From the NCBI GenBank assembly GCA_964016885.1, contig OZ024756.1, positions 41,602,001-41,666,000 on the forward strand: DNA of 64,000 bases, written 5' to 3'. The DNA comes from Eledone cirrhosa. Its lineage: Eukaryota. Below are positions 33,565 through 46,786 of the stretch, piece by piece (the stretch's first letter is position 1; each line of letters starts with the position of its first letter). The position numbers were made by a program, and so were the translations under genes. A model generated the notes under the pieces. It ran no database searches, was not told where the DNA came from, and was given only the letters and a program-made list of their open reading frames with translations.

Positions 33565-33920
33565 ATACAGCGTGTCCCCAAAAAATGTACACACCTTCAA
33601 CAGCAAAATAAAATGCATTAAAATAAATTATGATTTGTATGCATAGTATCGGTAGAGGGTCGGACGCCATGCTTTCCAGCATAGTTACGTCCCTTTACGA
33701 TCTGAGTTCAAATTCCGCCGAGGTTGACTTTACCTTTCATCCTTACGGGGTCGATAACATAAAGTACCAGTAATGCACTGGGTAATTGCTGGCCTTGTGC
33801 CAAAAGTAGAGACAATTATTTTAATTATGTCTGTAGATCATTTTATTTTTTGGAAAGGCTGTGTATTCTAATAAATATTACCTGTACAGGTAATCAAAGT
33901 GTGTATACAATTTTGGGGAA
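33565..33920. mobile_element. Tc1/mariner-type MITE interrupted by a SINE; an intact short relative lies at ~37800-37903
   Basis: TA-CAG(C/G)GTGTCCCC..AAAATGTA TIR-like ends. The internal ATTACCTGTACAGG(T/C)AAT is shared with 37800-37903. A family A SINE is inserted at ~33640-33820. Confidence 0.6.
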
Positions 33921-34828
33921 TCAGCACAACCCAGTCGAGGAACCCACAACATTATGATTGTAAGTCCAACAGCCTCACCACTAGGCCACACACCTCCACA
34001 GAACACCCTCACAGAACACCCTCACACCACTCACACAGTAAGTACTGATATATCCAGTCGACCGATTGTAAATATTGACCTTGTCTGGAGCATAATTGAG
34101 AAAATCAATATATTAATGTAAGTACTGGTAAGATGTTTAGTGGGTGGTGGTGGTGGTGGTGGTGGTAGTGGTGATTAGTAGATGTGGTGGTGGTGGTAGA
34201 GGTGGTAGTGGTAGTAGTGGTGGTGGTAGTTGGTAGTGATGGTGGTAGTGACGGTGGTGGTGGTGATTGGTAGATGTGGTGGTTGTAGTTGGTAGTAGTG
34301 GTAGTGGTGGAAGAGGTGATAGTGGTAGTGGTGGTGAAATGGTGGTGGTAGTTGGTAGTAGTGGAAGAGGTGATAGTGGTAGTGGTGGTGAAATGGTGGT
34401 GGTAGCGGTAGTAGTGTGATGGTGGTGGTAGAGTTGATGGTGGTAGTGGTGGTGATGGGCAGATATGGAGTGAAATGGGTGAGTGGTGACTCTCAACAAC
34501 TGGAGATATCTGGGGGGGGGTGACTCTCAAGAACTGGAGAGTACTTGGGGGGGGGGTCTCTCTCAAGAACTGGAGAGATCGAGGGGAGGGGGCAGGTGAC
34601 TCAACAACTGAGAGAACCGCAAGGGTCAGAAATATTTGAGGAAATAAAGACTACAACAAAACAGACAAAAGGATGAGAAAGATGGAAATAGTTATGACGA
34701 CATATTAAGGGAAACAATACAGAGTTCTGGGTTTATATATGGGTGTGTGATTGTGTGTGTGAGTGTGTGTGTGTGATTGTGTGAGTGTGTGTGTGTGATT
34801 GTGTGATTGTGTGATTGTGTGATTGTGT

Positions 34829-34868
<40 letters not shown>

Positions 34869-36330
34869 AAAGTTATTCTGTAATGTGTGGTCTGTCTGTG
34901 GGAAATAGGTTGCTTTGTTGCCGTCATCGTATCAGGGATAGGGGACTGTTAGGAAGAAGAAGACAAAGAAGAGAAAGAAGAAGAGAAAGAAGAAGAAGAA
35001 GAAGAAGAAGAAGGCAAAGAAGCAGAAGGCAAAGAAGAAGAAGAAGAAGAAGAAGAAGAAGACTAAATAAAATAAGAAACTAATTATTTCTTGTTAATTA
35101 AGCATGAAAGTCGGCAAGATTTAATTATGTCGACCTGGGACAAAGGAAGAAGACTTGTTGAATAAGTAATAATAAGGTGGATTGTTAACCACAGGTAGGG
35201 CATTGGTATAACAGAGGTAAGTCACAGGTAGGGTATTGGTATAACGGACATGTAAGTCACAGGTAAGACATTGGTATACAGTAATTGGTATAACAACAGA
35301 CAGGTACGTCTGAAGTTTTAAAACAAAGTACATGTAATCCACGTGTCTGTGTGTATATTTCGAGTTGTACTAGTGGTAGTAGTAGTGATGGTGGTGGTGG
35401 TGGTAGTAGTAGATCATCTTCAGGTATAATATCGATCTATTAAACCACACAAACATATATATACACATATATAAACACACGTATACATACACACACATAT
35501 ACATATACACATACACACATATATATACACACACACATATATATATATACACACACATATATATATATACACACACATATATATATATACACACACATAT
35601 ACACACTGGTGTGTGTCTGATCACAGTCGTTTCCGACAACAACCTATGTTCCAGTTAATTCGATCAACTACACCACACGTTATCATTGAAAATTAACGTG
35701 CAAGAAGTAGCTGGAACATTCGACAGGCACGTGCACTTTTAACGCAAGTTCTCAGGGAGATTCAGCCTAATACCGTGTTTGTGTGTGTGTGTGTGTGTGT
35801 GTTTGAATTTACAGGTACAAACTAATTTGTTTTGTTAGCTGAAGCTGAGCGGACTGTAGCAAGGTGAAATAAAGTGCTTTCTTTGTCCAAGGACACAAAG
35901 CGTCGTTCGAACACCAAAAGACTCCATAATAGTGAGTAGGGAGGTGGTTCAGGGACTCAGAACACCAGAAGACTCCACCACTATAGGGTCAACGATAATA
36001 GTTAGTAGGGGGGGGGGGGTACTGGGACCCAGAACACCAGAAGTCACCGATAACAGTTAGTAGGGGGGGGGGGGCAGGGACCCAGAACACCAGAAGTCCC
36101 CACCACTATAGGGTCAACGATAGCTATGTAGGGAGGTTGTTTGGAGACCCAAAACACCAGAGGTCTCCACGATGTAGTTTTGTTGATCTCTAATTTGAAC
36201 CTTCAGTGAAATCAATTATCAATGAACCGAACTTTCAAGTCCGAAATATCGATTTACTACCACTACTACTACTACTATTATTACAATCTGTCCACAAATC
36301 AAATTACTACAAAAGTCACCTCATTAGATC

Positions 36331-36366
<36 letters not shown>

Positions 36367-36864
36367 CTTCTACTGATTATTGGAAAGAATGAGGTGTGTA
36401 GTCCGCTGCCTAATCTATCGAACTCAATCGATCTCTTCCTGCTGCTAGTGGGACTCAAACTTAGGCCAGCTATTTACTCTTTCAATCATATTTTACAGTC
36501 TTCTTACACACAGAATCACCACTACCAAAAGATTTATTGTGGAATAGTATGATGTGATGAAACGAAGGCGTGGTAGGGGTCGAAACTGCCAAAGTCCATC
36601 TCAACGGCTGATGACCCTGGAGTTCTGTGTCTTACGTTTGTATTTATATTCTCAAAAAATAATTTAAAGGTTCTCCTTTAAAAAATTGTTTTTCATTTTA
36701 CCTGTCTTGTCCTCTCTTTGTTAATTTTCCTAAATTTAAAGTAAGTATATATATATATATATATATCACATAAGAAACGGAGAATCAGTGGTGCGACGAA
36801 TTAAAATTTATTAGACATATTACAATCGTTTCTCTGGCGACCAGCTCGAGGCACGATCGATGCG

Positions 36865-36956
<92 letters not shown>

Positions 36957-37449
36957 AGATATCAAGTCAAATTAACTGTAACTCAATCTGCAGCAAAAAA
37001 AAAAAAAAAATACCCTTTAAGAAAAATCAGTAAAACAAACAAAAAGTCCATTGAGAAAGGACTGCCGGGTGAGTCAGTAGTTTCTAGCCGTGCTGTCAGT
37101 TCTAGGAGTACTAAATAATTATTGACACTATCTGTAGTACGAGTCTAACGACTGTTATTAACCCTACAATAAATATTATGATTAACCAAATGAATTAGGT
37201 CTTAAATTGATAGTTCTTCCTTCCTTATAGCAATAGTATGAGTAAAATAACACAAGACACACAGACATGGACAGACGTCGGTAGCTCACTCATTAACACT
37301 AAATAAATGTGTGTATAGGGCAGGGAATACAATTAGATGATGATGGTGGTGGTGGGGAAGAAAAAGTGTGGGGGAAGGGGGCAACTATAAATCACATATA
37401 TATATGTAGGTAGGTATGTAGGTATATATATATAGGTAGGTATATATAT

Positions 37450-37582
37450 ATATGAAAAGATTCAGGACCCCGACGGCTGAGCTCCTGTCCTGAAGCTTTT
37501 CATATTACCCATTCTACTACCCCAAGTATCGAATTCTCTGGTGGATTATGGTCTACCTGGTTTTTACCACAACCTATCTGAT
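37450..37582 (+). mobile_element. Short hairpin + tail element; sister copy at 53343-53482
   Basis: 19-bp inverted repeat 37450-37468 / 37487-37505, then tail TTCTACTACCCCAAGTATCGAATTCTCTGGTG..ATGGTCTA shared with 53406-53457. Confidence 0.65.
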
Positions 37583-37686
37583 AGAGAGAGAGAGATTTAA
37601 CACTTCAGTGATATATAGTTTTATATATGTTGATTTAACACTTCACTATTCACAAGTGTTTTTTAAGCTTCCTATCATGTCTTCCT

Positions 37687-37752
37687 GTTTTATCTGATGA
37701 GAACGCAAATATCATCCCATGATATTTGTTTTTGAAATGCGCATAATAAAAT
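37687..37752 (+). ncRNA. Minimal type-I hammerhead ribozyme motif
   Basis: GTTTTAT-CTGATGA-[GAACG CAAATATCAT ccc ATGATATTTG TTTTT]-GAAA-TGCGCA-TA-ATAAAAT: intact core, stem I, long stem II (G.U at its base), palindromic stem III. AUA triplet; predicted cut after 37745. Confidence 0.75.
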
Positions 37753-38639
37753 ACATGGAACTCTTTTAACCATCATTTGATCTTATATTATATATATATA
37801 TACAGGATGTCCCCTAAAATGTAAATACACTTTGATTACCTGTACAGGCAATATTTATAATGCTGTTGAAGTGTGTATACATTTTTGTGTGGACATCTTG
37901 CATATACGAGTCCTGGGTTCAATCGTGGGTAACTGCAGTACTCAATACATTAGTAGTGTGCAAACATCATAACCCATGATCACAATAAACGGCTTCTACG
38001 GTGTATATACACACACACACATATATATATATATAGAGATAGATATGTGTGTGTGTGTGTGTGTGTGTGTAAACAAAGCAGTTGTATAAAAAGCATTGGA
38101 AAAATTTTAAATGTGCACGTCCCAAAGAAAATTATCACAATGATCAATCAACTATTATTTATAGTAATCGATTATTATTATCATGGACATTTACCTTAGG
38201 CCGTACACATTTCATATATAACTCCGCAGTATTTAAAACATTCTGGTTGTGTGTGTGTGTGTGTTGCTAGTTTAAAGGTGTGTGTGTGTGTGTGTTGCTA
38301 GTTTAAAGGTGTGCGTGTGTGTGAATACCTAAAAATCAGGGAGGAAAACTAAGCCTTACACAACAGTGAAAATATTTTTTATGAAAAACGAAAACAAAAA
38401 GTCAGTAATTTTGGAGAAGGAAAGGAGCTGTCAGTGGGAAGTTGATGGAAGAGGGGGGGGGGGCTTATTATCTGGAAGACCAGTCAGGGGTTCAGGCAAC
38501 AGATATGGTATCTGGAAGACCAGTCAGGGTTTCAGGCAACAGATGTTATGAATGAAATAAGTTTTAATGAATGAACATCAAGTTTCCAGGTTTTATTAAG
38601 TACAAACTTATTACAAGCCACTTAACAGTTACATTTAAT

Positions 38640-39265
38640 ATAGTAGCAGTTATAATATAGAAACAGTTATAATATAGTTTATAATATAGTAACAGTTATA
38701 ATATAGTAACAGTTATTATATAGTAACAGTTATTATATAGAAACAGTTATAATATAGAAACAGTTATAATATCGTAACAGTTATAACATCGTAACAGTTA
38801 TAACATCGTAACAGTTATAACATAGTAACAGTTATAACATAGTAACAGTTATAACATAGTAACAGTTATAACATAGTAACAGTTATAACATAGTAACAGT
38901 TATAACATAGTAACAGTTATAACATAGTAACAGTTATAACATAGTAACAGTTATAACATAGTAACAGTTATAACATAGTAACAGTTATAACATAGTAACA
39001 GTTATAACATAGTAACAGTTATAACATAGTAACAGTTATAACATAGTAACAGTTATTATATAGTAACAGTTATTATATAGTAACAGTTATAACATAGTAA
39101 CAGTTATAACATAGTAACAGTTATAACATAGTAACAGTTATAACATAGTAACAGTTATAACATAGTAACAGTTATTATATAGTAACAGTTATTATATAGT
39201 AACAGTTATAACATAGTAACAGTTATAACATAGTAACAGTTATAACATAGTAACAGTTATAATAT
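38640..39265. repeat. 17-bp minisatellite, ~36 copies
   Basis: Unit AGTTATAACATAGTAAC. Confidence 0.95.
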
Positions 39266-39289
39266 CGTCAACTAGATTTTTTTTAACTA

Positions 39290-39860
39290 TCTTCTTTACC
39301 CACATATTCCTGAGAGGGTCGTGGAGGCAGAGTCCTCAAACCCTCCTTCCAGCAGGTCCTGTCAAAAATAACAATCTCCAACTGATTCGGCTGGATCCCC
39401 AAGTGAGACCAGCCAAGTTCATGGATGTTATCCAACTATCTTGCTTGGGGTTTACCCCTGGGTCTCCTGTCGGTTAGCTTTGCCAGTAAAATGTCCAGAG
39501 ATTCTTCAACCAGTGCCGGGTTTAGGACAAATGAGGCCGTGTACTAGTTATGAGGCTCTTTAACTGGGCCCTGAAGAAGGTAAAAAAATGTTTTTGGCAG
39601 GATGATGTCCCCCTTCCTGACCAACGGGGAGCTATAGGCTTAAGCACACCTAAGCACAATGGTAAACCTGGCACTGATTCTAACCACATAAGTCCATAGT
39701 ATTGGAGCTGTCATTTCTCAATTTGGAGAAGTAGTGGTTCTACCTGGAGTGACTGTCCAATGATTCTTTCCTGAGACATTCTAACCCCATATATCCATAG
39801 TATCGGAGCTGTGATCTCTCAAATAGGAGAAGTAGCGGCTCCACCTGGAGTGACTCTCAT
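39290..39860 (-). mobile_element. Degenerate RTE-like LINE 3' fragments with a nested hAT-like MITE (~39511-39676)
   Basis: Homologous in inverted orientation to 43425-43850, which encodes a decayed GRRPRGRP motif; fragments also at 18670-18845. MITE TIRs are CAGTGCCGGGTTTA / TAAACCTGGCACTG. Confidence 0.6.
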
Positions 39861-40066
39861 TTTTTTTTCTTGTCACAAACGAAAATCGACTGCCATTGAC
39901 ATCACATCAACAGTTAAAGTTTAAGAATGACTAAGAATTGAGTACAAAAAACGAGCCACGCACCATTTTAAATGTCCTCAAGTTAAATTGTTTAATTAAC
40001 AAAATATAAACATTTTTTTTTATTTTCTCCCCGCACTAACGTGAGTTTGCTCATAATGTAACAACA

Positions 40067-40122
<56 letters not shown>

Positions 40123-41184
40123 CGGTTAATTCTTCCGTCAAAGAGAAGCATGAATTGTTGTATTTGAGTTTTAAAAATACAAATCTGTTGGCTTTAAACA
40201 CAGAAAAAAAAAATGTTTCCTTTATTTTTCAATCCGTAAATATATACACACACACACACACACAGAAATAAGTGTGTGAAGATGGGGAGATAAAGATTGC
40301 CTAGATAGAGTTTCTCCCGTCAATGAATGAATTAGTTTCCGTAGAAAATAATTAAGGTTAAGTTTGTTTTTTCCGATCCAGGATTAACCAAAGTGGTTTG
40401 TTTCCTGTGTTTCCGTGTCAATGACACCAGTGAGGTCCAGATGAGAACACAGATTAGGTGTCTAGTAAACATAAAATTCTAATGCCATATATATGCATGC
40501 ATCTGTGTGTGTGTGTGCAGTCAATGGTCTTTATTTTCGGTTAATAATAGAAGCAAAGAACGTTAGTAGACATTGTACCGAAGACAGAAGAAAGAAAAGC
40601 TCTCTTTTATTTAACATTTTCGGGTCTTTTTTTCGGTAAATTTATAGAAAATCTCCCCCATTCAATCATTCTGTGTGAAATTGTTCTTTTTCTTGGGTTT
40701 TTTTATTTTTTATTTTGTCGTGTGTTTTCAAGGAATCTGACCTCTAAGTTAGACGGAAACGACTGGTTTTTTTTTTATTTTTATTTCTAGAAACGAATGA
40801 GAGAGAAAAGGGGAGTATTTTTCTGTGAATTTATCATCTTTTTTTCTTGCTGAATGTGTAAAATGTGCAAAAGCTAAAATACGATACCGTTGAAAATGAG
40901 ATGGAGGTTGAGGCAGTGTCCGTAACTGCAGACTCCTACCGATTCCACATAGAATGCATTAATAATAAGCTTATAACCATGTCTGCTAAATTAGTCATTT
41001 CATTTTGTAAAGACACTATAGACGTTAATTATAGCAGAATAGAAGAGAATTCTTAACAAATAAACAGCATAGAGCATTTTTTCGTTTTGTTTTAATGCAA
41101 CAAAGAGAATGCACGATATATATATATATATATATATGGAAATCAAAATGTGAGAAATTAGAGAATATATTTGAAATTACTAAC

Positions 41185-41373
41185 CTTTTCGCCAGTGCTT
41201 TTTTCTATAGCCAGCTTCACCTTCCCGTAAGTACCTTCCCCTATAGTTTGCAACATGTCAAACCTGTGGCGGAGGCTATGCCTGTGAGTGTGAATCACAG
41301 GCCGGGAAACAGTATTTGTTGTTTGTTCAGCTACCATAGCTGCCTCTTCATCAATTGAGTTTTTGGCTGGCAT
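41185..41373 (-). CDS. NUAK1: NUAK-family kinase, first coding exon (63 aa)
   Basis: MPAKNS...[37 protein letters not shown]|gttagt. It has the NUAK-typical HxHxHxLRHRF pre-kinase motif and the GxGxxG loop. The intron to the next exon is 2767-41184 (38,418 bp). Confidence 0.9.
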
Positions 41374-42699
41374 TATATAAATATATGTGTATGATTGTGT
41401 TTGTGTAGATATATATATATATGGATATATATATATACTATAGAGAACGATTGTGTGAGAGAGAGAGTGTGTGTGTCTGAAGAAAATATTAATGATTAAA
41501 GAAGAGGAGAATCGCGAAAAGATTCAGAATATGACCAGCTTGTTCTTTTCTATTATTCTGCAGCAATAACGATGCTTGTTTTGCCACTTGCTGATTGTGC
41601 CAAGTAGCACCGCCGTGGCTGGAATGTGTGTCGAGCCAGCAAGCGGAGAAAGATCCTCTCTATCCGGCAGGTATCTGCAGTGGACGGCCAATAAGGAAGC
41701 AAGTCCGACTACTGTCTATCCCATTAAGACAGGCGTGTGGCAGTCAGGATGTATAGGGTGGAAAAAAATTAAGTTACGAGCGAAGTCGCAACAATTTAAG
41801 CCTCATCTGTTTTGTAGATTTATATTTTGTAATTGAGAAATGCAACAATATTGCGGATTTTTTTCTTTTAACGACTGAGAAAAATGTAGAAAATGATGGA
41901 ATCGAAGTTCCGTTTCCCAATAAATGGATTTGTAGTCGGAGAAAGATAAACCTTCTCCGGCGGAATATCTTTTGTTCGTTCTTATTGTGAAATAATCTTG
42001 AATCTCTTCCATATAAAAACAACGAAGATAATTTCAAATCAACAACAAATGGTTAAATTTTCTTTCTTTTTGTTTTAAGTTCCTTTGTAAAAATAAAAAT
42101 TGAAAGAAAGGCACGTTTTTGCTTCGGAGAATCAACAACGAATGGAAAACAGTGGATTGCAGAGAATTCTATTGAAAAGATCGAGTGGAAGTTGTTTACA
42201 AAATAATAAGTAAGGAAATATCACATTATTTGTAAGAATTTCAGAGATCTGAAAGGGAAAGTTTGCCTTGTATATCGGCAGAGTATTGTAAGAAGTAGAA
42301 TCACATAAGGCGGGTGAGTGTAGAATCCGACGAAAACAATCGTTTCTTTCAGATAGTTATTAATAAGATTCCAAGAAAATGCGAACCAAACTTGGCAGGG
42401 TTGTTGTTTACAAATGCCTTCTTGTTTTCTTCTTCTCCACAAAAACGATGTAACAAATAATCGGGTAAAATAATACACGATAACTTAAATTAAAAAAAAA
42501 AAGCTGTGTGTAATAAAATAGCAACGATATGCAATAGACACGTTACTGTCTGATGGGTAGAGAAAGGAAGCTTTTTTAGCTTGTAGTCAAACTGCAAGTT
42601 TCAAATAAACTGGTCATACTGCTTTATAACAAGTAACCTCAGTCGGTCGGTCGGTAGCCGGGCGTATCGAAGTCTATGAGACACGGAGACCAAATAAAC

Positions 42700-42820
42700 T
42701 TAATAATTGCCACGCAGGTGCTCCTCCGAACAGCTGTGTTCTCTCACAGGAAGTCATCAAATTAACTCTCTCTCTCTTTCTCCTTTGCTGATTGGCTAAC
42801 ACTTGTGACGTCACGGGGAA
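42700..42820 (-). promoter_or_regulatory. Probable NUAK promoter: CRE + CCAAT box + ETS site + E-boxes
   Basis: GTGACGTCAC at 42805-42814 (full CRE palindrome); AGCCAATCAG on the - strand at ~42788-42797 (NF-Y consensus); ACAGGAAGT at 42746-42754; CAGCTG at 42731-42736. The region is CpG-richer and repeat-free, ~1.3-1.4 kb upstream of the ATG. The TSS was not determined. Confidence 0.55.
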
Positions 42821-43022
42821 ATACACCTTTCCTAATTCATACTATCATTTCAACTCGTGTCTTCTAGCTTCTCTCTCGGTTCCTCTAAATTGTAACGAAT
42901 TACACACACATGCGTATATATGTATGTACGTATGTGTGTGTGTTACATACAGACGTATACACACACATGTATAGATTTGAAAAAAAAAACTGCTTTGTTA
43001 CAAATCATGCCTGTGTTCTCTT

Positions 43023-43055
<33 letters not shown>

Positions 43056-43175
43056 TAATGGAGTAGTTATATTGTTTACTTTCTAATTAAATATACATAT
43101 ATGTGGGTGTGCGTCCCCTTCTCTGTCTCTCTATATATACATATATGTGGGTGTGTGTATGTGCGTCCGTCTCTC

Positions 43176-43208
<33 letters not shown>

Positions 43209-43224
43209 CATATGTAAGTGTGCT

Positions 43225-43262
<38 letters not shown>

Positions 43263-43424
43263 CATACATATGTGTGTATGTGAGTGTGCTTCACTCTCTC
43301 TCTCTCTCTTTCGGTGTCGTTTGCTGTTTACGAAAGTTAATTTAGTTACCAAGACAACATAATAATTGGAGGAATCCAGGGATGTCCCTGTTGACATTTC
43401 TATTTTATTTCATTGTTTCTGAGC

Positions 43425-43850
43425 TCAGCTGACCTCGCTCCGAGTAGAGCCGCTACTTCTCCAGGTTGAGAGATCACTGGTCAGATTTTACGGGTAAAAC
43501 CAACCGGCAGGAGACCTAGGGGTAGACCCATACCGAGCAAGATGGTTAGATAACATTCATAAGCTTGGCTGGTCTCGCTTGGGGGTCCAGCTGGAGACGG
43601 TTGCTTCTGGCAGGACCCACTGCAAGAATTATTGAAGGCAGTGCAGGATTTAGGACAACCGAGGCCCTGTGTTAGTTAACTTATGAGGTCCCAAACATTT
43701 GACAAAATTTATCGTAAATAAATCTTTTGGCAGGAAGATACCCCCTCCCCGGCTAACGGACCCCTGTGTTTAAGCAGAATGGTAAATCTGGCACCGGTTG
43801 GAGGACTCTGCCCCCACGGCCCTCCAAGGAATAAGTGAGCGAAGAGAGCA
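43425..43850 (+). mobile_element. RTE-like LINE 3' end with a nested hAT-like MITE (~43639-43796)
   Basis: KPTGRRPRGRP-like remnant. The MITE CAGTGCAGGATTTA..TAAATCTGGCACCG is flanked by an imperfect 8-bp TSD (ATTGAAGG / GTTGGAGG). Confidence 0.6.
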
Positions 43851-45431
43851 TACATACACACACATGTACATATACACACACACACTCACACATACAGACA
43901 GTGAACTAAAGTAATTGTCCTTTAGTTGAGAAAGTTTCCCAGATGTCTTTAATTAGTGACCAATCAGTTGTTTGAAAGAAATTGAGCTGCTATTTCTAGC
44001 CTCTCTAATGACCATCTAGTGGTACTGTTGGTCAGCACAAATTAAGCAAACTAATTACATAAGATCAGATAATGAGATGCTGAGTCATTGTCTTAATGGT
44101 GGTGGTAGTGGTAGTGTTAATGGTGGTTGTGGTGGTGGTAGTAGTAGCAGTAGTAGTGTTAATGGTGGTTGTGGTGATAGTGTTAATGATGGTAGTGGTG
44201 ATGGTAGTGTTAATGCTGGTTGTGGTGGTAGTAGCAGTAGTAGTGTTAATGGTGGTGGTGGTAGTGTTAATTGCGGTGGTGGTGGTGGTGTGGTGTTATC
44301 CTGATATATATATATATATATTAGAAATAGCAGCCAAATATTTCCTCAAATCACACAGCCAGTCTGAGAAAGGGACAATATTAGATATAGTGTAGTCTTG
44401 GATTCCCTGTACATAGAAAATAAAAGGGCCATTCCCTCTAGAATACCTTCCCTCACAGCTGACCACCTCCACCCGACCAACTATTAAGTATGAAGCTGTA
44501 TACAGACAAAATATGTCACCAATATTAGCCTCTTCATTGCGAGTGTAATTTTAATTCTAATTTTAAAAAATGTCGAAGTTGTCACCATGACCAGATGTGA
44601 TTAACGTTAGTCATTGACTACTTTCATTAAGTTGACATTGACATATATACACACACGCATTTACAAGTTAGGTCAACAACAGTTATGCCCCTTGCTAAAA
44701 TGTCAGTTAAACGAGATGTGTCAGAAAAGTAACGGGACTTGTTGTGTTGTGTGAGCTAAGTTGGGTAGGGAGGAATATGTGTATTGTCACTACTGCGAGG
44801 AGTAATATCTGGGGAGTATATAGTTGCGATCTCAGCTCTTTGCAGTCATTGGATTTTTTCACAACTTAAGTCAACAACAGTTATGCCCCTTACTAAAGGA
44901 CTTGATGTGCTGTGTGAGTTATGAATCGGGTAGGTAGGGACAAGTGTGTTGTGTCACAGTGTGGCATAATATCCTGGGAATATATAACTGCGATCTCAGT
45001 TCTCTTCAGCCATTGTATATTTTATCACGTGCTTTTGTTAACAGCTCCTCTCTTTTAGGCCATCCAGCAATGAACCAACTTGAAGTTTCTGGCCTGACTG
45101 AAGAAAACTCCATCTCACACGATTCAACATTAATTGCCTCAGTCCTTCACCAGCCAATTCTGTATCTTCCTCAATGACTCTCTTTAATGTCTTGAGAGGT
45201 TTTCTGTGTCTGTTTCACATTAGTGGGCTACCATAGTGAATGTGTTGTAGCAGGTTTGTTGCCTCTCATCACATGAGAAAACACCCGAAAAGGAGGGTAT
45301 GGCTAATGGGTTGCCATAGAGAATTCTGTTTGTAACACGGTTGAGAGGTTTGATGTTTTTTTTTATCATTTTTAGTATTCAGGTGAAGGTATGATATAAA
45401 TTTTGATTTATTTTCTGCCACCTTCAAATGA

Positions 45432-45765
45432 TCCCTGATCAAGCAAACCTATGATCAAATATGTCCCAAACTTAACTCTCATCAAGCAAATCTATGATCA
45501 AATATGTCCCAAACTTAACCCTGATCAAGCAAACCTATGATCAAATATGTCCCAAACTTAACTCTGATGAAATAAACCTATGATCAAATATGTCCCAAAA
45601 TTAACTCTGATGAAATAAACCTATGATCAAATATGTCCCAAGTTTAACCCTGATCAAATATGTCCCAAACATAACTCTCATCAAGCCAATCTATGATCAA
45701 ATATGTCCCAAGCTTAACCCTGATCATGTAAACCTATGATCAAATATGTCCCAAGCTTAACCCTC
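45432..45765. repeat. 43-bp minisatellite, ~8 copies
   Basis: Unit CCCTGATCAAGCAAACCTATGATCAAATATGTCCCAAACTTAA. Confidence 0.9.
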
Positions 45766-46356
45766 CTGTATTTTTTAAATATCTCTCTTGATTCTTTCTT
45801 TTCTTTATTTTAAACATTCCTAGAGTATGTCTTCGTCTACTCATTTCTTAGCTCATCTCAGTTGATCAAAGTTTTTCAAAGCATGTTGTCCGACGCTCTA
45901 CCGATTCTGCCAATCCACTGTCCTATTACCAATCCAATAATAATAATGATTTCTTTATTAGCTATACAGGACTGACATCAAGAAAACCTTAAAGACAGCA
46001 CAGGATGATACAATGTGGGTTTTTTTCATGTAAAAAGAGTTGTTTAACAAAACAACAAATATGTAAAAAAAAATAAAAATCAAACAAAGAAAATTCCCCC
46101 AATAGCAGGGCAACTTCTGATAGTCAAACATGGAGAAAGCCCACAAGAAGCTATGGTCCTTCTCCAATCTAGAAGTGTAAACTCAGGGCAGACCTGATCA
46201 CTCAGAACATGCTTGTCACTGTCATCTTACCTTTCAACTGCCTGCCCTTCCTAGCTAAAGAAAGATGGTGAGGATTAATGATAATTATTGTTTCTACATT
46301 AAGCACAAGGCTAGCAATTTGAAGGGAAGGGGAAAGTTGATTAAATCGACCCCAGT

Positions 46357-46786
46357 GTGAAATAAAGTATCTTGTTCAAGGACACAGTGGACTGGAGCAA
46401 CGTTAAATAAAGTGTCTTGTTTAAGGACACAGTAAACTGGGCAATGTGAAATAAAGTATCTTGTTCAAGGACACAGTGGACTGGAGAAATGTGAAATAAA
46501 GTGTCTTGTTCAAGGACACAGTAAACTGGGCAATGTGAAATAAAGTATCTTGTTCAAGGACACAGTGGACTGGAGCAACGTGAAATAAAATATCTTGTTC
46601 AAGGACACAGTGGACTGGAGCAACGTGAAATAAAATATCTTGTTCAAGGACACAGTAGACTGGAGCAATGTGAAATAAAGTGTCTTGTTCAAGGACACAG
46701 TGGACTGGAGCAACGTGAAATAAAATATCTTGTTCAAGGACACAGTGGACTGGAGCAACGTGAAATAAAGTGTCTTGTTCAAGGAT
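46357..46786 (-). repeat. 45-bp minisatellite (~9.5 copies) derived from the SINE-B core, just 3' of the ASB3 stop
   Basis: Unit GTGAAATAAAGTGTCTTGTTCAAGGACACAGTGGACTGGAGCAAC, continuing into the SINE head at 46787-46860. Confidence 0.9.

Noticed and set aside
34883-35083. Arg-rich protamine-like ORF
   Set aside because: Translation of an (AGA)n microsatellite with no supporting gene structure.
36575-36622. GGGGTCGAAAC...CTGATGACCC, a possible permuted hammerhead
   Set aside because: The stem II partner overlaps the core GA, and no convincing stems I and III could be formed.
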